Shown here: one piece after another, positions 1 to 8,231 of the stretch | Numbering within the stretch: position 1 is the first letter of the stretch | How the letters are laid out: the number at the start of each line of letters is the position of its first letter | Program-made: the position numbers and the translations under genes | Source of the DNA: a virus | Taxonomy: Duplodnaviria > Heunggongvirae > Uroviricota > Caudoviricetes | Length of the DNA: 64,000 bases | Direction: 5' to 3' (one strand) | Virus record (IMG/VR): IMGVR_UViG_3300043105_000137 | The notes under the pieces: generated by a model | What the model was told of the DNA's origin: nothing | Seen by the model: only the letters and a program-made list of their open reading frames with translations | The model's database searches: none

Positions 1-39
1 ACATCTCAATCATCTAAACAAGAAAGAACTTAATAGACT

Positions 40-121
40 GCTCATGTGGCGGAATTGGTAGACGCGACAGACTTAGGATCTGTTGTCAAAAGACGTATGG
101 GTTCGAGTCCCTTCATGAGCA
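40..121 (+). tRNA. tRNA-Leu (anticodon TAG), type II with long variable arm
   Basis: The acceptor stem gctcatg/catgagc pairs perfectly. The D-arm reads gcggaattggtagacgc and the anticodon stem-loop acaga-cuuagga-ucugu. A GGTTCGAGTCC T-loop is present. Confidence 0.8.
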
Positions 122-131
122 CCTAAACAAT

Positions 132-204
132 GTTGACGTACCCAAGTGGTTAAGGGACTGGTCTGCAAAACCATTATTCAGCGGTTCGACTCCGCTCGTC
201 AACT
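132..204 (+). tRNA. tRNA-Cys (anticodon GCA)
   Basis: The acceptor stem is gttgacg/cgtcaac. The anticodon stem-loop reads ctggt-cugcaaa-accat and the T-arm agcgg-ttcgact-ccgct. Confidence 0.8.
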
Positions 205-206
205 CT

Positions 207-800
207 ATGGATTGGACTGAGAACATTGACATATTAAAGAGATATATATTTGTAGATAAACTTTCTTATGAGGAAATTGGTCGTCTATTTGGATGTTCTG
301 GTAACAATATCAAGAAAGTAATGAGGAATAGAGGTTTTGAGTTACCTGTTCGGTCTAAAAACTCAGGAAAACAACCTGTCAATAAAGGTCAAGGTAAGAA
401 AACCTACTGTAAATATTGTGGAAAAGAAATAAAGTCCGGATGTAAATATTGTTCAAATAAATGTCAACAGGACTTTGAATATAAACAGTGGGTGGAACAT
501 TACAAATTAGATAACTCAATCGCTAAGTCAACAAAATGGGGACAATTACCTAAGCAATTACGACGTTATATATTTGAAAAGTTTGATTATAAATGTTGTG
601 AATGTGGTTGGTCAAAAGTAAACCCATATACAAACACTATTCCTTTAGAAATCGATCACATAGATGGAAACTCAGAAAATAACTCTGAGAATAATTTAAG
701 ATTGGTTTGTCCAAATTGTCACTCACTCACTTCTACATATAAAGGAGCGAATAGAGGTTTTGGTAGAAATATCACATGGACAATAAAAGACAAACATTAG
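207..800 (+). CDS. HNH homing endonuclease with an N-terminal HTH
   Basis: The protein carries the HNH core EIDHIDGN...LRLVCPNCHSL. It is inserted between tRNA genes, as is typical of phage homing endonucleases. Confidence 0.7.
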   Translation: MDWTENIDILKRYIFVDKLSYEEIGRLFGCSGNNIKKVMRNRGFELPVRSKNSGKQPVNKGQGKKTYCKYCGKEIKSGCKYCSNKCQQDFEYKQWVEHYKLDNSIAKSTKWGQLPKQLRRYIFEKFDYKCCECGWSKVNPYTNTIPLEIDHIDGNSENNSENNLRLVCPNCHSLTSTYKGANRGFGRNITWTIKDKH

Positions 801-804
801 GTTG

Positions 805-877
805 GGGTCCGTAGCTCAGATGGTAGAGCACCACACTTTTAATGTGGGGGTCGTGGGTTCGAGTCCCACCGGGCTCA
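805..877 (+). tRNA. tRNA-Lys (anticodon TTT)
   Basis: The D-arm is gctcagatggtagagc, the anticodon stem-loop ccaca-cuuuuaa-tgtgg, and the T-arm gtggg-ttcgagt-cccac. Confidence 0.8.
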
Positions 878-976
878 CAATTACATAAATATATTAGATG
901 AAGTAAAGATTCATACCGCAACTTTTTAGTACATAAATTTATATAGGTGGTTTTGATTTTGAATCTTGTTGATTAT

Positions 977-1061
977 GGAGAGTAAACTTTTGAGGTAAAA
1001 GGACGGTCTGCTAAACCGATTGTACGAGTAATCGTATGTGGTTCGTGTCCACTGCTCTCCG
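977..1061 (+). tRNA. tRNA-Ser (anticodon GCT), type II
   Basis: The acceptor stem is ggagagt/gctctcc and the anticodon loop cugcuaa. The variable arm is long. Confidence 0.7.
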
Positions 1062-1249
1062 CATTAATACTAACCTTAAAATTTTCTACCTATGCGATTT
1101 GAAGATGTTACTTTTGAAAAACAGTTGAGAAACTTTACTGACTACCAAATTCGTCAGATGTTAAATGAACCAAATGTAAGTGAAGAAAGAGATTTTAATA
1201 ATTTACATCCTTGGTTATTCTGACCATACACAATATGTAAAACAAACAA

Positions 1250-1810
1250 ATGACAACCAAAGCGAAACAAATTATTGACGCAACTTTAACTATTGAAGGT
1301 GGATATGCAAATGTAAAAGGAGATAGAGGTGGAGAAACTTACTGTGGTATTTCCAGAAAGAATTGGCCTAAGTGGTCTGGATGGAGTATTGTAGATAAGA
1401 ATAAACCTCTAAAATGGAATCAAAAAATAAACAATCTACAATTACAAACATTAGTAGAGGAATTTTATCTCACTAATTTTTATAACACTATGAAGATTGA
1501 TAGTTTTGATTCTTTATTAATCTCAGCTCATTTATATGATCATGCAGTAAATAGTGGTTGTGTAGGTTCAGTTAAATTATTACAACAAGCCATAAATAAA
1601 GTATGTAAGGTGAATATTGTTGTAGATGGTAAGATTGGACAAACAACAATTTCATATGCTAATGGAGTTCATAAAGATGAAATTGCGAAGGAATTAGGTA
1701 ATCAAAGAATCCAAAGATATAAGGATAATGTTGCTAAAAATCCTTCACAAAAACAATTCTTGACAGGTTGGTTAAATCGAGTTCAAGATACAATTAAAAA
1801 ATTTGGTTAA
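1250..1810 (+). CDS. GH108-family lysozyme-like protein with a PG_binding_3-like C-terminus
   Basis: The N-terminus EGGYANVKGDRGGETYCGIS matches the GH108 signature EGGYxNDxxDxGGxTxxGI. The C-terminus contains a VDGKIGQTTIS segment typical of PG_binding_3. Confidence 0.6.
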   Translation: MTTKAKQIIDATLTIEGGYANVKGDRGGETYCGISRKNWPKWSGWSIVDKNKPLKWNQKINNLQLQTLVEEFYLTNFYNTMKIDSFDSLLISAHLYDHAVNSGCVGSVKLLQQAINKVCKVNIVVDGKIGQTTISYANGVHKDEIAKELGNQRIQRYKDNVAKNPSQKQFLTGWLNRVQDTIKKFG

Positions 1811-1819
1811 ACAAATTTT

Positions 1820-1904
1820 GGAGAGGTGGCAGAGTGGTCGATTGCGGCGGTCTTGAAAACCGTTGGCCATTATTGGTCCGGGGGTTCGAATCCCTCCCTC
1901 TCCG
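1820..1904 (+). tRNA. tRNA-Ser (anticodon TGA), type II
   Basis: The acceptor stem ggagagg/cctctcc pairs perfectly. The anticodon stem-loop is gcggt-cuugaaa-accgt and the T-arm ggggg-ttcgaat-ccctc. Confidence 0.8.
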
Positions 1905-1909
1905 CCGAT

Positions 1910-2478
1910 AACCGAGGCTATCTGAAAGGCAATGGATGTGTGTTCTATTCGGACTCTTGGTGAACAAAGTCTGTAAAAAATCATCTTCTGGCAACCCACG
2001 ATGGTAAACAAGGAATTTGAGTTTTTATGAGATGAACAAAACTATAGGAGTACGTTGGTGTCAGCCATAATTTAGTTCACAAAATGAATGGAAAAGAAGG
2101 GGGCGAACCTTTGACTCCTACGGGAGTGGGGTGAGGGTGGAATGACCACCGGAGAAATAAGGTTCAGACCTTGGTTCACCTATTGGTAACAATAGGTCGG
2201 CCTCAAATGGTCTATACCGAATAAGGGGTGTCTTATAGTTGAAGGTATGTGGTCTCATATCAAGATATTTGAACACCTATCACATCTTGGGTTACTATTA
2301 CATGGCAGTACCCCATGATAGGACTAAGGTGTCAAAGGTATAGAAAATCCATTGGGGTTGGGTGCATGGGTGACTGTGTATCACAAGGTTCTCAGGTCTG
2401 TGTGTTTTGTCCCGCTGAGCCTCTCTAGCGTGTTCGAGAACGTTTCTATCAACCGGGCAGGTTATCTCCCATAAAGAC
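1910..2478 (+). ncRNA. Candidate structured non-coding RNA, class unknown
   Basis: About 570 nt contain no plausible + strand ORF. GC content is visibly higher than in the flanks and there are many local inverted repeats. The region ends in an intrinsic terminator. Confidence 0.3.
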
Positions 2479-2512
2479 TGGATTTAATTATCCGGTCTTT
2501 TTTTTGACGATT
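2479..2512 (+). terminator. Rho-independent terminator
   Basis: The stem CTGGAT/ATCCGG has one G-U pair and is followed by a run of eight T residues. Confidence 0.6.
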
Positions 2513-2542
2513 TTATTTCGTAATGTCCATTTTCATCCTTTT

Positions 2543-2563
2543 TTTGTTATGTTTAATATGTAA
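2543..2563 (+). promoter_or_regulatory. Class-2 conserved upstream motif (TTTGTTATGTTTAATATGTAA)
   Basis: This is one of at least 12 near-identical copies in the window. It sits just upstream of the likely true start at 2589. Confidence 0.5.
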
Positions 2564-2588
2564 TTTAATAATTAATACTTATAAAGAT

Positions 2589-3062
2589 ATGGATAATAAA
2601 TTTATAAAGCTCACTTTTGATGACACGAGTATTTCCAAAAAGACTGTAGAAAATCGGACTATTGTATCGGTATGGTCTGGTTTCAAATTCACAAAACTGG
2701 AAGCTGAGTTGGAAAATCTTGGTTTGAAAACACTTCCTGAACCCATTGCAACAATCCTGACTAAGTATGGGTATAAGAGAGATTTCAAGAAGAATATTTG
2801 GAAAGCTAAGTCAACAGGTGTGGCAACTCTTTCTCCTGATGATGAGAACAATGATGTCACAGGTTATCGTATCGCAATGAGTCGAGCTAAACGTAAGGCA
2901 TATATCAAGGCGACTAATTGTCTTAGAGAAATTAGTGGAATTTTTGATGAAGTAAGTGACCTATTCTACTTTTCATCATATCGTCTTGGTCAGTTTGAGA
3001 TTGAAGAAACAGAAGCCATTGAAGATGTAATCGATCATGGTTATTCTGGTGGTAAAAAGTAA
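2589..3062 (+). CDS. Hypothetical protein
   Basis: The track ORF starts at 2523, but that start would place the conserved promoter motif inside the coding sequence. The start was therefore moved to the ATG at 2589 (MDNKFIKL...). Confidence 0.45.
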   Translation: MDNKFIKLTFDDTSISKKTVENRTIVSVWSGFKFTKLEAELENLGLKTLPEPIATILTKYGYKRDFKKNIWKAKSTGVATLSPDDENNDVTGYRIAMSRAKRKAYIKATNCLREISGIFDEVSDLFYFSSYRLGQFEIEETEAIEDVIDHGYSGGKK

Positions 3063-3081
3063 ATCCTAAAATAAAATAAAA

Positions 3082-4224
3082 ATGCAGATATTAGAAAAAA
3101 CAGAGTTAGACTTTTCAGATGTTTTGATTAAGCCTCGTCGTTCCACTATCGCCAGTCGTAAAGATGCAGATATAACACGAGAGTATAAATTCAAATGGTG
3201 TCCTTATACGATTAAAGGAACTGGTATAATGCAGGCTAATATGGGTACAATCGGTAACTTTGATGTGACGAGGAAGATGTTAAAAGTTGGTTTGTTTGCC
3301 TGTCTGCATAAACACCATGAAGTTAATGACCTTATTGACTTCTTCAAGAGTTTGTCTGACGATGAACGAAAACGAACATTTATTTCTATTGGACTAAAAG
3401 ACAATGGTGTTGATAAACTGAAACAACTGAATGAAGAAGTTTTCAGTGGTAAAGACTATAGTATGTCCATTTGTATTGATGTCCCTAATGGTTATATTCC
3501 ACAGGTAAAACAACTGGTCATTGATATTCGTAAGGTATATCCTAATTGTCTTTTGATGGTTGGTAATGTTGTTACTGGTGATATTGTTGAAGACCTTATC
3601 CTTTCGGGAGCTGACATAATCAAAGCTGGAATTGGTGGTGGTGGACAATGTATCACGAGAAAACAAACTGGTGTAGGTCGCCCTCAATTATCAACTATCA
3701 TAGAATGTGCGGATGCGGCTCACCAAGTGGGGGGTATGTGTTGTTCTGATGGTGGAATTACTTGTCCGGGTGATATTGGTAAGGCTTTTGGAGCAGGTGC
3801 GGATTTTATCATGATTGGTAGTTTGTATGCTGGAACAACGGAAGCTGATGGAGAAATAGTTGAAAAGACATACCTCACAAATGAACGAACAACAGAGGTG
3901 GTTAATTATGTCATGGGTGTAGTTAATCATGAAAAAGTATATGAAACCAAAAAGTTCAAGTTGTTCTATGGTATGAGTTCATCACTGGCTCAGGAAAAAT
4001 TTGGTGATGGAAAACGTAAGTATCGAGCCAGTGAAGGCCGTGTTAGTTTGGTACCATATGTAGGTTCAGTTGATGATGTAAATGAGGAATTTCTTGGTGG
4101 ATTGAGAAGTACAATGACATATATAGGAGCAACAAAACTTAAAGATATACCTAAGTGTTGTGTGTTCTATAAAGTGAATAATCAGTTGAACCGTACATAT
4201 GAAGGTTCAACAATAGGATATTAA
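3082..4224 (+). CDS. guaC: GMP reductase (IMPDH/GuaC family)
   Basis: The N-terminus LDFSDVLIKPRRST, the GIGGGGQCITR motif and the segment CSDGGITCPGDIGKAFGAGADFIMIG all match GuaC signature regions. Confidence 0.8.
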   Translation: MQILEKTELDFSDVLIKPRRSTIASRKDADITREYKFKWCPYTIKGTGIMQANMGTIGNFDVTRKMLKVGLFACLHKHHEVNDLIDFFKSLSDDERKRTFISIGLKDNGVDKLKQLNEEVFSGKDYSMSICIDVPNGYIPQVKQLVIDIRKVYPNCLLMVGNVVTGDIVEDLILSGADIIKAGIGGGGQCITRKQTGVGRPQLSTIIECADAAHQVGGMCCSDGGITCPGDIGKAFGAGADFIMIGSLYAGTTEADGEIVEKTYLTNERTTEVVNYVMGVVNHEKVYETKKFKLFYGMSSSLAQEKFGDGKRKYRASEGRVSLVPYVGSVDDVNEEFLGGLRSTMTYIGATKLKDIPKCCVFYKVNNQLNRTYEGSTIGY

Positions 4225-4226
4225 TT

Positions 4227-4448
4227 ATGATGACTTTTGAATTAAACGACGAAGAAGAAAAGGAAGCGTTGGCCTTTATGGAGGAACATAAGAAAGTGTG
4301 TCCTCATTCCTTCGCTAATGGAAACCTCCCCGCAACAGGTGAACATTACTATTATAAGTTCATTCCCGGAGGTCTTGGTTCATCAGTCTTAATCGGATGT
4401 GTTTACTGTAATGTTGAAAAGGACATTACTGATGTTAGTTGTTGGTGA
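4227..4448 (+). CDS. Hypothetical small Cys-containing protein
   Basis: The ORF has an ATGA overlap with the guaC stop. Confidence 0.4.
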   Translation: MMTFELNDEEEKEALAFMEEHKKVCPHSFANGNLPATGEHYYYKFIPGGLGSSVLIGCVYCNVEKDITDVSCW

Positions 4449-4573
4449 TGTATACCTTAGTAAATGTTTATGGTTTAGGTAGTTTTGGGAAGTTTTATGA
4501 TTTAGAGTCAGCGGAGAACTACCTGTTTTCACTTGATGATTGGATTGACTGGATGGTTGAGAAAATTTAACAT

Positions 4574-4604
4574 GAGAGGGGTCGCATGACCTCTCTCTTT
4601 TTTG
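4574..4604 (+). terminator. Rho-independent terminator
   Basis: A GAGAGG...CCTCTC stem-loop is followed by TTTTTT. Confidence 0.55.
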
Positions 4605-4620
4605 TTATGTTTAGGTTATG
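4601..4620 (+). promoter_or_regulatory. Class-2 conserved upstream motif ending in a start codon
   Basis: The sequence TTTGTTATGTTTAGGTTATG has its terminal ATG coinciding with the start of the small ORF at 4618. Confidence 0.45.
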
Positions 4621-4782
4621 AAAAGATATAAGTACAAAATAGTTAGAACCAACAAGGAGGTTTCAGAAGCCCAGTTGAACACACTTGGTAGACAGGGGTG
4701 GGAACTGTGTGGAGTGACCTATGACAATGTATGGGGATTGACATATTACATTAAAAAAGAAATTGAAGAAACGAATGGGTAA
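4618..4782 (+). CDS. Small hypothetical protein (54 aa)
   Basis: The sequence is MKRYKYKIVRTNKEVSEAQLNTLGRQGWELCGVTYDNVWGLTYYIKKEIEETNG. It falls below the 60-aa cutoff of the track. A promoter motif lies immediately upstream. Confidence 0.4.
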   Translation: MKRYKYKIVRTNKEVSEAQLNTLGRQGWELCGVTYDNVWGLTYYIKKEIEETNG

Positions 4783-5362
4783 GATAGTATTTAATTATGG
4801 TTGTATGGGTTCAGGTAAGACATCTAAAATGTTAACCCAATTTGATTCATACAAACGACGAAGAAAAAATCCAATTATTGTAAAACCATGTGTTGACACC
4901 AGAGAAACAACTGGGAATGACACTAAATTCATTGGTTGGGGTGTAACGAAATCACGAATTACGAAAAATGAAGAACCCACATATTATTTTGAAGACCTTA
5001 GAGAATCCTTATCATTACTTGATTTTGGGGTTCTTTTTGTTGATGAAGCTCAGTTTTTGACAAGAGAAGATGTGTTAACTCTATGTGATATTGCCGACAT
5101 TAGAGGTATTGATGTCTTTTGTTATGGTCTAAAAACTGACATTAATGGTGAGTTATTTGAAGGGAGTAAACATTTATTGGCACTTGCTGATGAATTTATT
5201 GAGATTGATACCCCTTGTGAGATTGATAGATGTGATGGAAAAGCTATTTGTCATATTAGATTTGTCAATGGTGAAATCGAATATGGAGGTCCGAGTGTAG
5301 AAATCGAACAAGGTAATGTAACATATAAATCAGTTTGTAGAAAACACTGGCATCATTTGTAA
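4775..5362 (+). CDS. tdk: Thymidine kinase
   Basis: The P-loop is FNYGCMGSGKTS and Walker B is LFVDEAQFL. The C-terminal zinc-ribbon cysteines are present (VCRKHW). The track start at 4763 is a TTG, so the ATG at 4775 is preferred. Confidence 0.85.
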   Translation: MGKIVFNYGCMGSGKTSKMLTQFDSYKRRRKNPIIVKPCVDTRETTGNDTKFIGWGVTKSRITKNEEPTYYFEDLRESLSLLDFGVLFVDEAQFLTREDVLTLCDIADIRGIDVFCYGLKTDINGELFEGSKHLLALADEFIEIDTPCEIDRCDGKAICHIRFVNGEIEYGGPSVEIEQGNVTYKSVCRKHWHHL

Positions 5363-5363
5363 T

Positions 5364-6497
5364 ATGGAAAGAAGTACCGGACTATCACCTATAATTAAAT
5401 ATACTGGTGGTAAAGAAAAAGAATTACCATATATCATTCCCAACCTCCCTGAATTTGATAGATACTTTGAACCATTTGTGGGTGGAGGTTCTGTATTCAT
5501 GGGTGTAGAAGCCAATGAATACTATATCAATGACTTTTCGTGGGAATTGACAGACCTATATAAATGTATTAAAACCTCTGATAATCAATTCTTTGAGTAT
5601 GTTGGAGATATTATTAAGTCTTGGGGGTTAGTAAAACATTTATTTCTCACATCCAAAAAATACTTAGTTGATGGTATATACTCAATATTCTGGAAAGATG
5701 TCATTCGTGAGAGTAGAGTAAAAGATATGATTGATGCTTATTGTGAAGACTATAAAGATAATATTGATTGTATCTGTCCTGATTCATTTAAGAAAACTAA
5801 TTGGACTTTTATTCAAGAACTCAAAACGAATTTATTTCGCAAGATGAAACGAATGAAAAAGTTGGATGAGAATAATACTGAACTTGACCTAATGATGGCT
5901 GATGATAATATACAAACCGCCATTCACTCTGCTCTGTATATGACTTATCGAACTTTGTATAATGATGAGAAACTAACTAAACAAGATAGAACTCTCCACT
6001 GTGCCTTGTATTTTTTTATTAGGAACTATGCTTACTCAGGGATGTTTAGGTATAATGACAATGGTGAATTTAATGTACCCTATGGAGGAATGGGATATAA
6101 TAAAAAATCATTATCAAGTAAAACTAATTATTACAAGTCAGATGAGGTGATGGAACATTTCAATAAGACCTCTATATTCAATCTTGACTTTGAGGAATTT
6201 TTGAAGAAATGTAATCCAACCGAGAATGATTTTATATTCTTGGATCCTCCTTATGACAGTACCTTCTCCACTTATGCCCAGAATGAATTTACAAAGGATG
6301 ACCAAATTAGATTAGCGAACTATCTTATCAATGAATGTAAAGCTAAGTGGATGGTAGATATTAAATATACAGATTTCATTTATGACCTGTATAACAAACC
6401 CGGAATCAGGATTGTGACGTTTGACAAGAAATACCAAGTCAATTTTATGGGTAGAAATGACACGAACGTCACACACATAATGATAATGAATTACTAA
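5364..6497 (+). CDS. DNA N6-adenine methyltransferase (Dam-like, D12 class)
   Basis: The protein carries motif I FEPFVGGGSV and motif IV FLDPPY. No cognate restriction endonuclease gene is adjacent, so this is an orphan methyltransferase. Confidence 0.7.
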   Translation: MERSTGLSPIIKYTGGKEKELPYIIPNLPEFDRYFEPFVGGGSVFMGVEANEYYINDFSWELTDLYKCIKTSDNQFFEYVGDIIKSWGLVKHLFLTSKKYLVDGIYSIFWKDVIRESRVKDMIDAYCEDYKDNIDCICPDSFKKTNWTFIQELKTNLFRKMKRMKKLDENNTELDLMMADDNIQTAIHSALYMTYRTLYNDEKLTKQDRTLHCALYFFIRNYAYSGMFRYNDNGEFNVPYGGMGYNKKSLSSKTNYYKSDEVMEHFNKTSIFNLDFEEFLKKCNPTENDFIFLDPPYDSTFSTYAQNEFTKDDQIRLANYLINECKAKWMVDIKYTDFIYDLYNKPGIRIVTFDKKYQVNFMGRNDTNVTHIMIMNY

Positions 6498-6510
6498 AAA
6501 TTGTAAAAAC

Positions 6511-6540
6511 TCAGTCAATGTTAACTTAAACTTGGCTGAG
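6511..6540 (+). terminator. Hairpin terminator candidate
   Basis: The arms ctcagtcaa...ttggctgag form an imperfect 9-bp inverted repeat, followed by a T-rich tract. Confidence 0.35.
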
Positions 6541-6560
6541 TTTGTTATTTTTATAGTGAA
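6541..6560 (+). promoter_or_regulatory. Class-2 conserved upstream motif
   Basis: The sequence TTTGTTATTTTTATAGTGAA lies upstream of the Thg1-like gene. Confidence 0.45.
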
Positions 6561-6577
6561 ATTCAAAATTAATTGTT

Positions 6578-7351
6578 ATGATTTTCCGAACCCTAAAAGA
6601 AAAATGTGAGTATTACAGAAGTCTGACTGATTATCGACTTCTTCCAAATGGTTACATTATGGTTATGATTGATGGTAAGAATTTTTCCACATTAATCAAA
6701 AACAAATTTGAGAAACCATTTGATGAGCAGTTTATTGAGATGATGAATAAAACTGCGAAGTATCTATGTAAGAATATCCAAAATTGTGTAGGTGCTTTTG
6801 TTCAATCAGATGAAATTAGTCTTGTCATTCGAGACACTAATGAAACCTGTGTACCCTTTGATGGTAGAATGTGTAAACTTTTGTCCATCATTCCCTCTAT
6901 TGCAACATCATACTTCACAAAGTTGATGATTGAATATGAGTTGAAACTTGTCCCCAGATTTGACCACATCTTTGAAATGAAAGATTATGTGTTCGACTGT
7001 AAGGTATGGGTTGTTCCTAATGAGAATGATATGTTAGCTTGGTTCTTATACCGTCAGATAGATTGTATTAAGAACTCAAAGAATCAGTTTTGTCAGACAT
7101 ATCTCTCACACAACACCCTGAGAGGACACAATTCAGATGAACAAGTTAAGTTGTGTTTGGAACAGACTGGAAATGATTGGAATTTGGTTTCTGATGATAA
7201 AAAGTTTGGTCGTTTCATCTACAAATCACAAGTAGTTAAAGTAAACCCAGAAGGACAGGAATATACCAGAAGTGTATGGGATATTGTTTCTTATGAGATT
7301 GCTAACAAAGAAAACAGAGAAGACTTAAAAAATAAATGGTTAAATAAATGA
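6578..7351 (+). CDS. Thg1-like protein (tRNA-His guanylyltransferase / 3'-5' nucleotidyltransferase family)
   Basis: The segments MVMIDGKNFSTL and AFVQSDEISLVIRD align with the Thg1 regions VVRLDGRNFHRF and AYGQSDEYSFVF that contain the catalytic carboxylates. Confidence 0.6.
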   Translation: MIFRTLKEKCEYYRSLTDYRLLPNGYIMVMIDGKNFSTLIKNKFEKPFDEQFIEMMNKTAKYLCKNIQNCVGAFVQSDEISLVIRDTNETCVPFDGRMCKLLSIIPSIATSYFTKLMIEYELKLVPRFDHIFEMKDYVFDCKVWVVPNENDMLAWFLYRQIDCIKNSKNQFCQTYLSHNTLRGHNSDEQVKLCLEQTGNDWNLVSDDKKFGRFIYKSQVVKVNPEGQEYTRSVWDIVSYEIANKENREDLKNKWLNK

Positions 7352-7818
7352 AGACAATGCGAAAATTCATAGTTTGTCTATTGATGTCTTTTATTGGACT
7401 GACATCATGTGTGGTGGCTCAGAGTGTTGACAGTGATTATCGACCAGTTTATTATGATTATGTCATCACCGGACTTATCAATGACCCGGCCTTTGTGAAT
7501 GATGGGTTTTATTCATATCACATTGTGGGAACTATTCCAAGTAATGTGTATTGGGAACTTCTACCTTGTGGTATTGAGGTAGGTCTATATAATCAAAGTG
7601 GTATTTTTATTAGGAATTTTGTCCCAGTAAAGAGATGGATTTTCTACAATCATTCACGACACCATTATTATGATAGGCCTCGTGGATACCAACCTAAATA
7701 TAGAACACAACCTCGACACAACAACCGACCACAAGTTAGACAAAATAAATCTAACAACCGACCACAGGGGAAACCGAATACACAACAACATAATAACGGT
7801 GGTAGAGGCCGACGATAA
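7348..7818 (+). CDS. Secreted lipoprotein with a basic Pro/Gln/Asn/Arg-rich tail
   Basis: A signal peptide with lipobox (LTSC) is present. The C-terminus reads RPRGYQPKYRTQPRHNNRPQ...GGRGRR. Confidence 0.5.
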   Translation: MKTMRKFIVCLLMSFIGLTSCVVAQSVDSDYRPVYYDYVITGLINDPAFVNDGFYSYHIVGTIPSNVYWELLPCGIEVGLYNQSGIFIRNFVPVKRWIFYNHSRHHYYDRPRGYQPKYRTQPRHNNRPQVRQNKSNNRPQGKPNTQQHNNGGRGRR

Positions 7819-7871
7819 TACAATAGAAAGTTGAACTGAAAATGATTCAACTTTCTAATTTTTAAGAAGTT

Positions 7872-8231
7872 ATGAAAAGAAAACCGATAAGTAAAAAACT
7901 CAGGGAGGAAGTTTATAAAAAATACAACGGTCACTGTGCATATTGTGGATGTGAGTTGGAGATGAAAGATATGCAAGTTGACCATGTTGTTTCAGTATAT
8001 CGTTCATATTGGAAAAAAGAAGATATAGATTTGAATGATATAGACAACCTGATGCCTTCTTGTCGTCAATGTAACTATTATAAAGATGTACTGACAATAG
8101 AAGGGTTTAGGAACAAATTGAAAACCCTGATGTCAAGAGTTAAACAACCATTTATTTACCGTCTTGCTGAGAAATACAACATGGTAACAGAGTTGGAGTG
8201 GGATGGTTTATTTTATTTTGAGAAACAATGA
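7872..8231 (+). CDS. HNH endonuclease
   Basis: The motifs CAYCGCEL...VDHVV...CRQCNYYK are present. Confidence 0.7.
   Translation: MKRKPISKKLREEVYKKYNGHCAYCGCELEMKDMQVDHVVSVYRSYWKKEDIDLNDIDNLMPSCRQCNYYKDVLTIEGFRNKLKTLMSRVKQPFIYRLAEKYNMVTELEWDGLFYFEKQ

Noticed and set aside
1910-2478. Assignment of the GC-rich ORF-free region to a known RNA class (group I intron, RNase P RNA, tmRNA, 6S)
   Set aside because: By-eye searches found no convincing P7/P3 intron core, no P4 or AGGGTGAAA RNase P core, and no tmRNA tag frame or acceptor/T-arm pairing. The class remains unassigned and only a generic ncRNA candidate is reported.
2523-2588. The track start codon at 2523 for the ORF ending at 3062
   Set aside because: That start would place the conserved TTTGTTATGTTTAATATGTAA promoter motif inside the coding sequence. 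The in-frame ATG at 2589 downstream of the motif is preferred.
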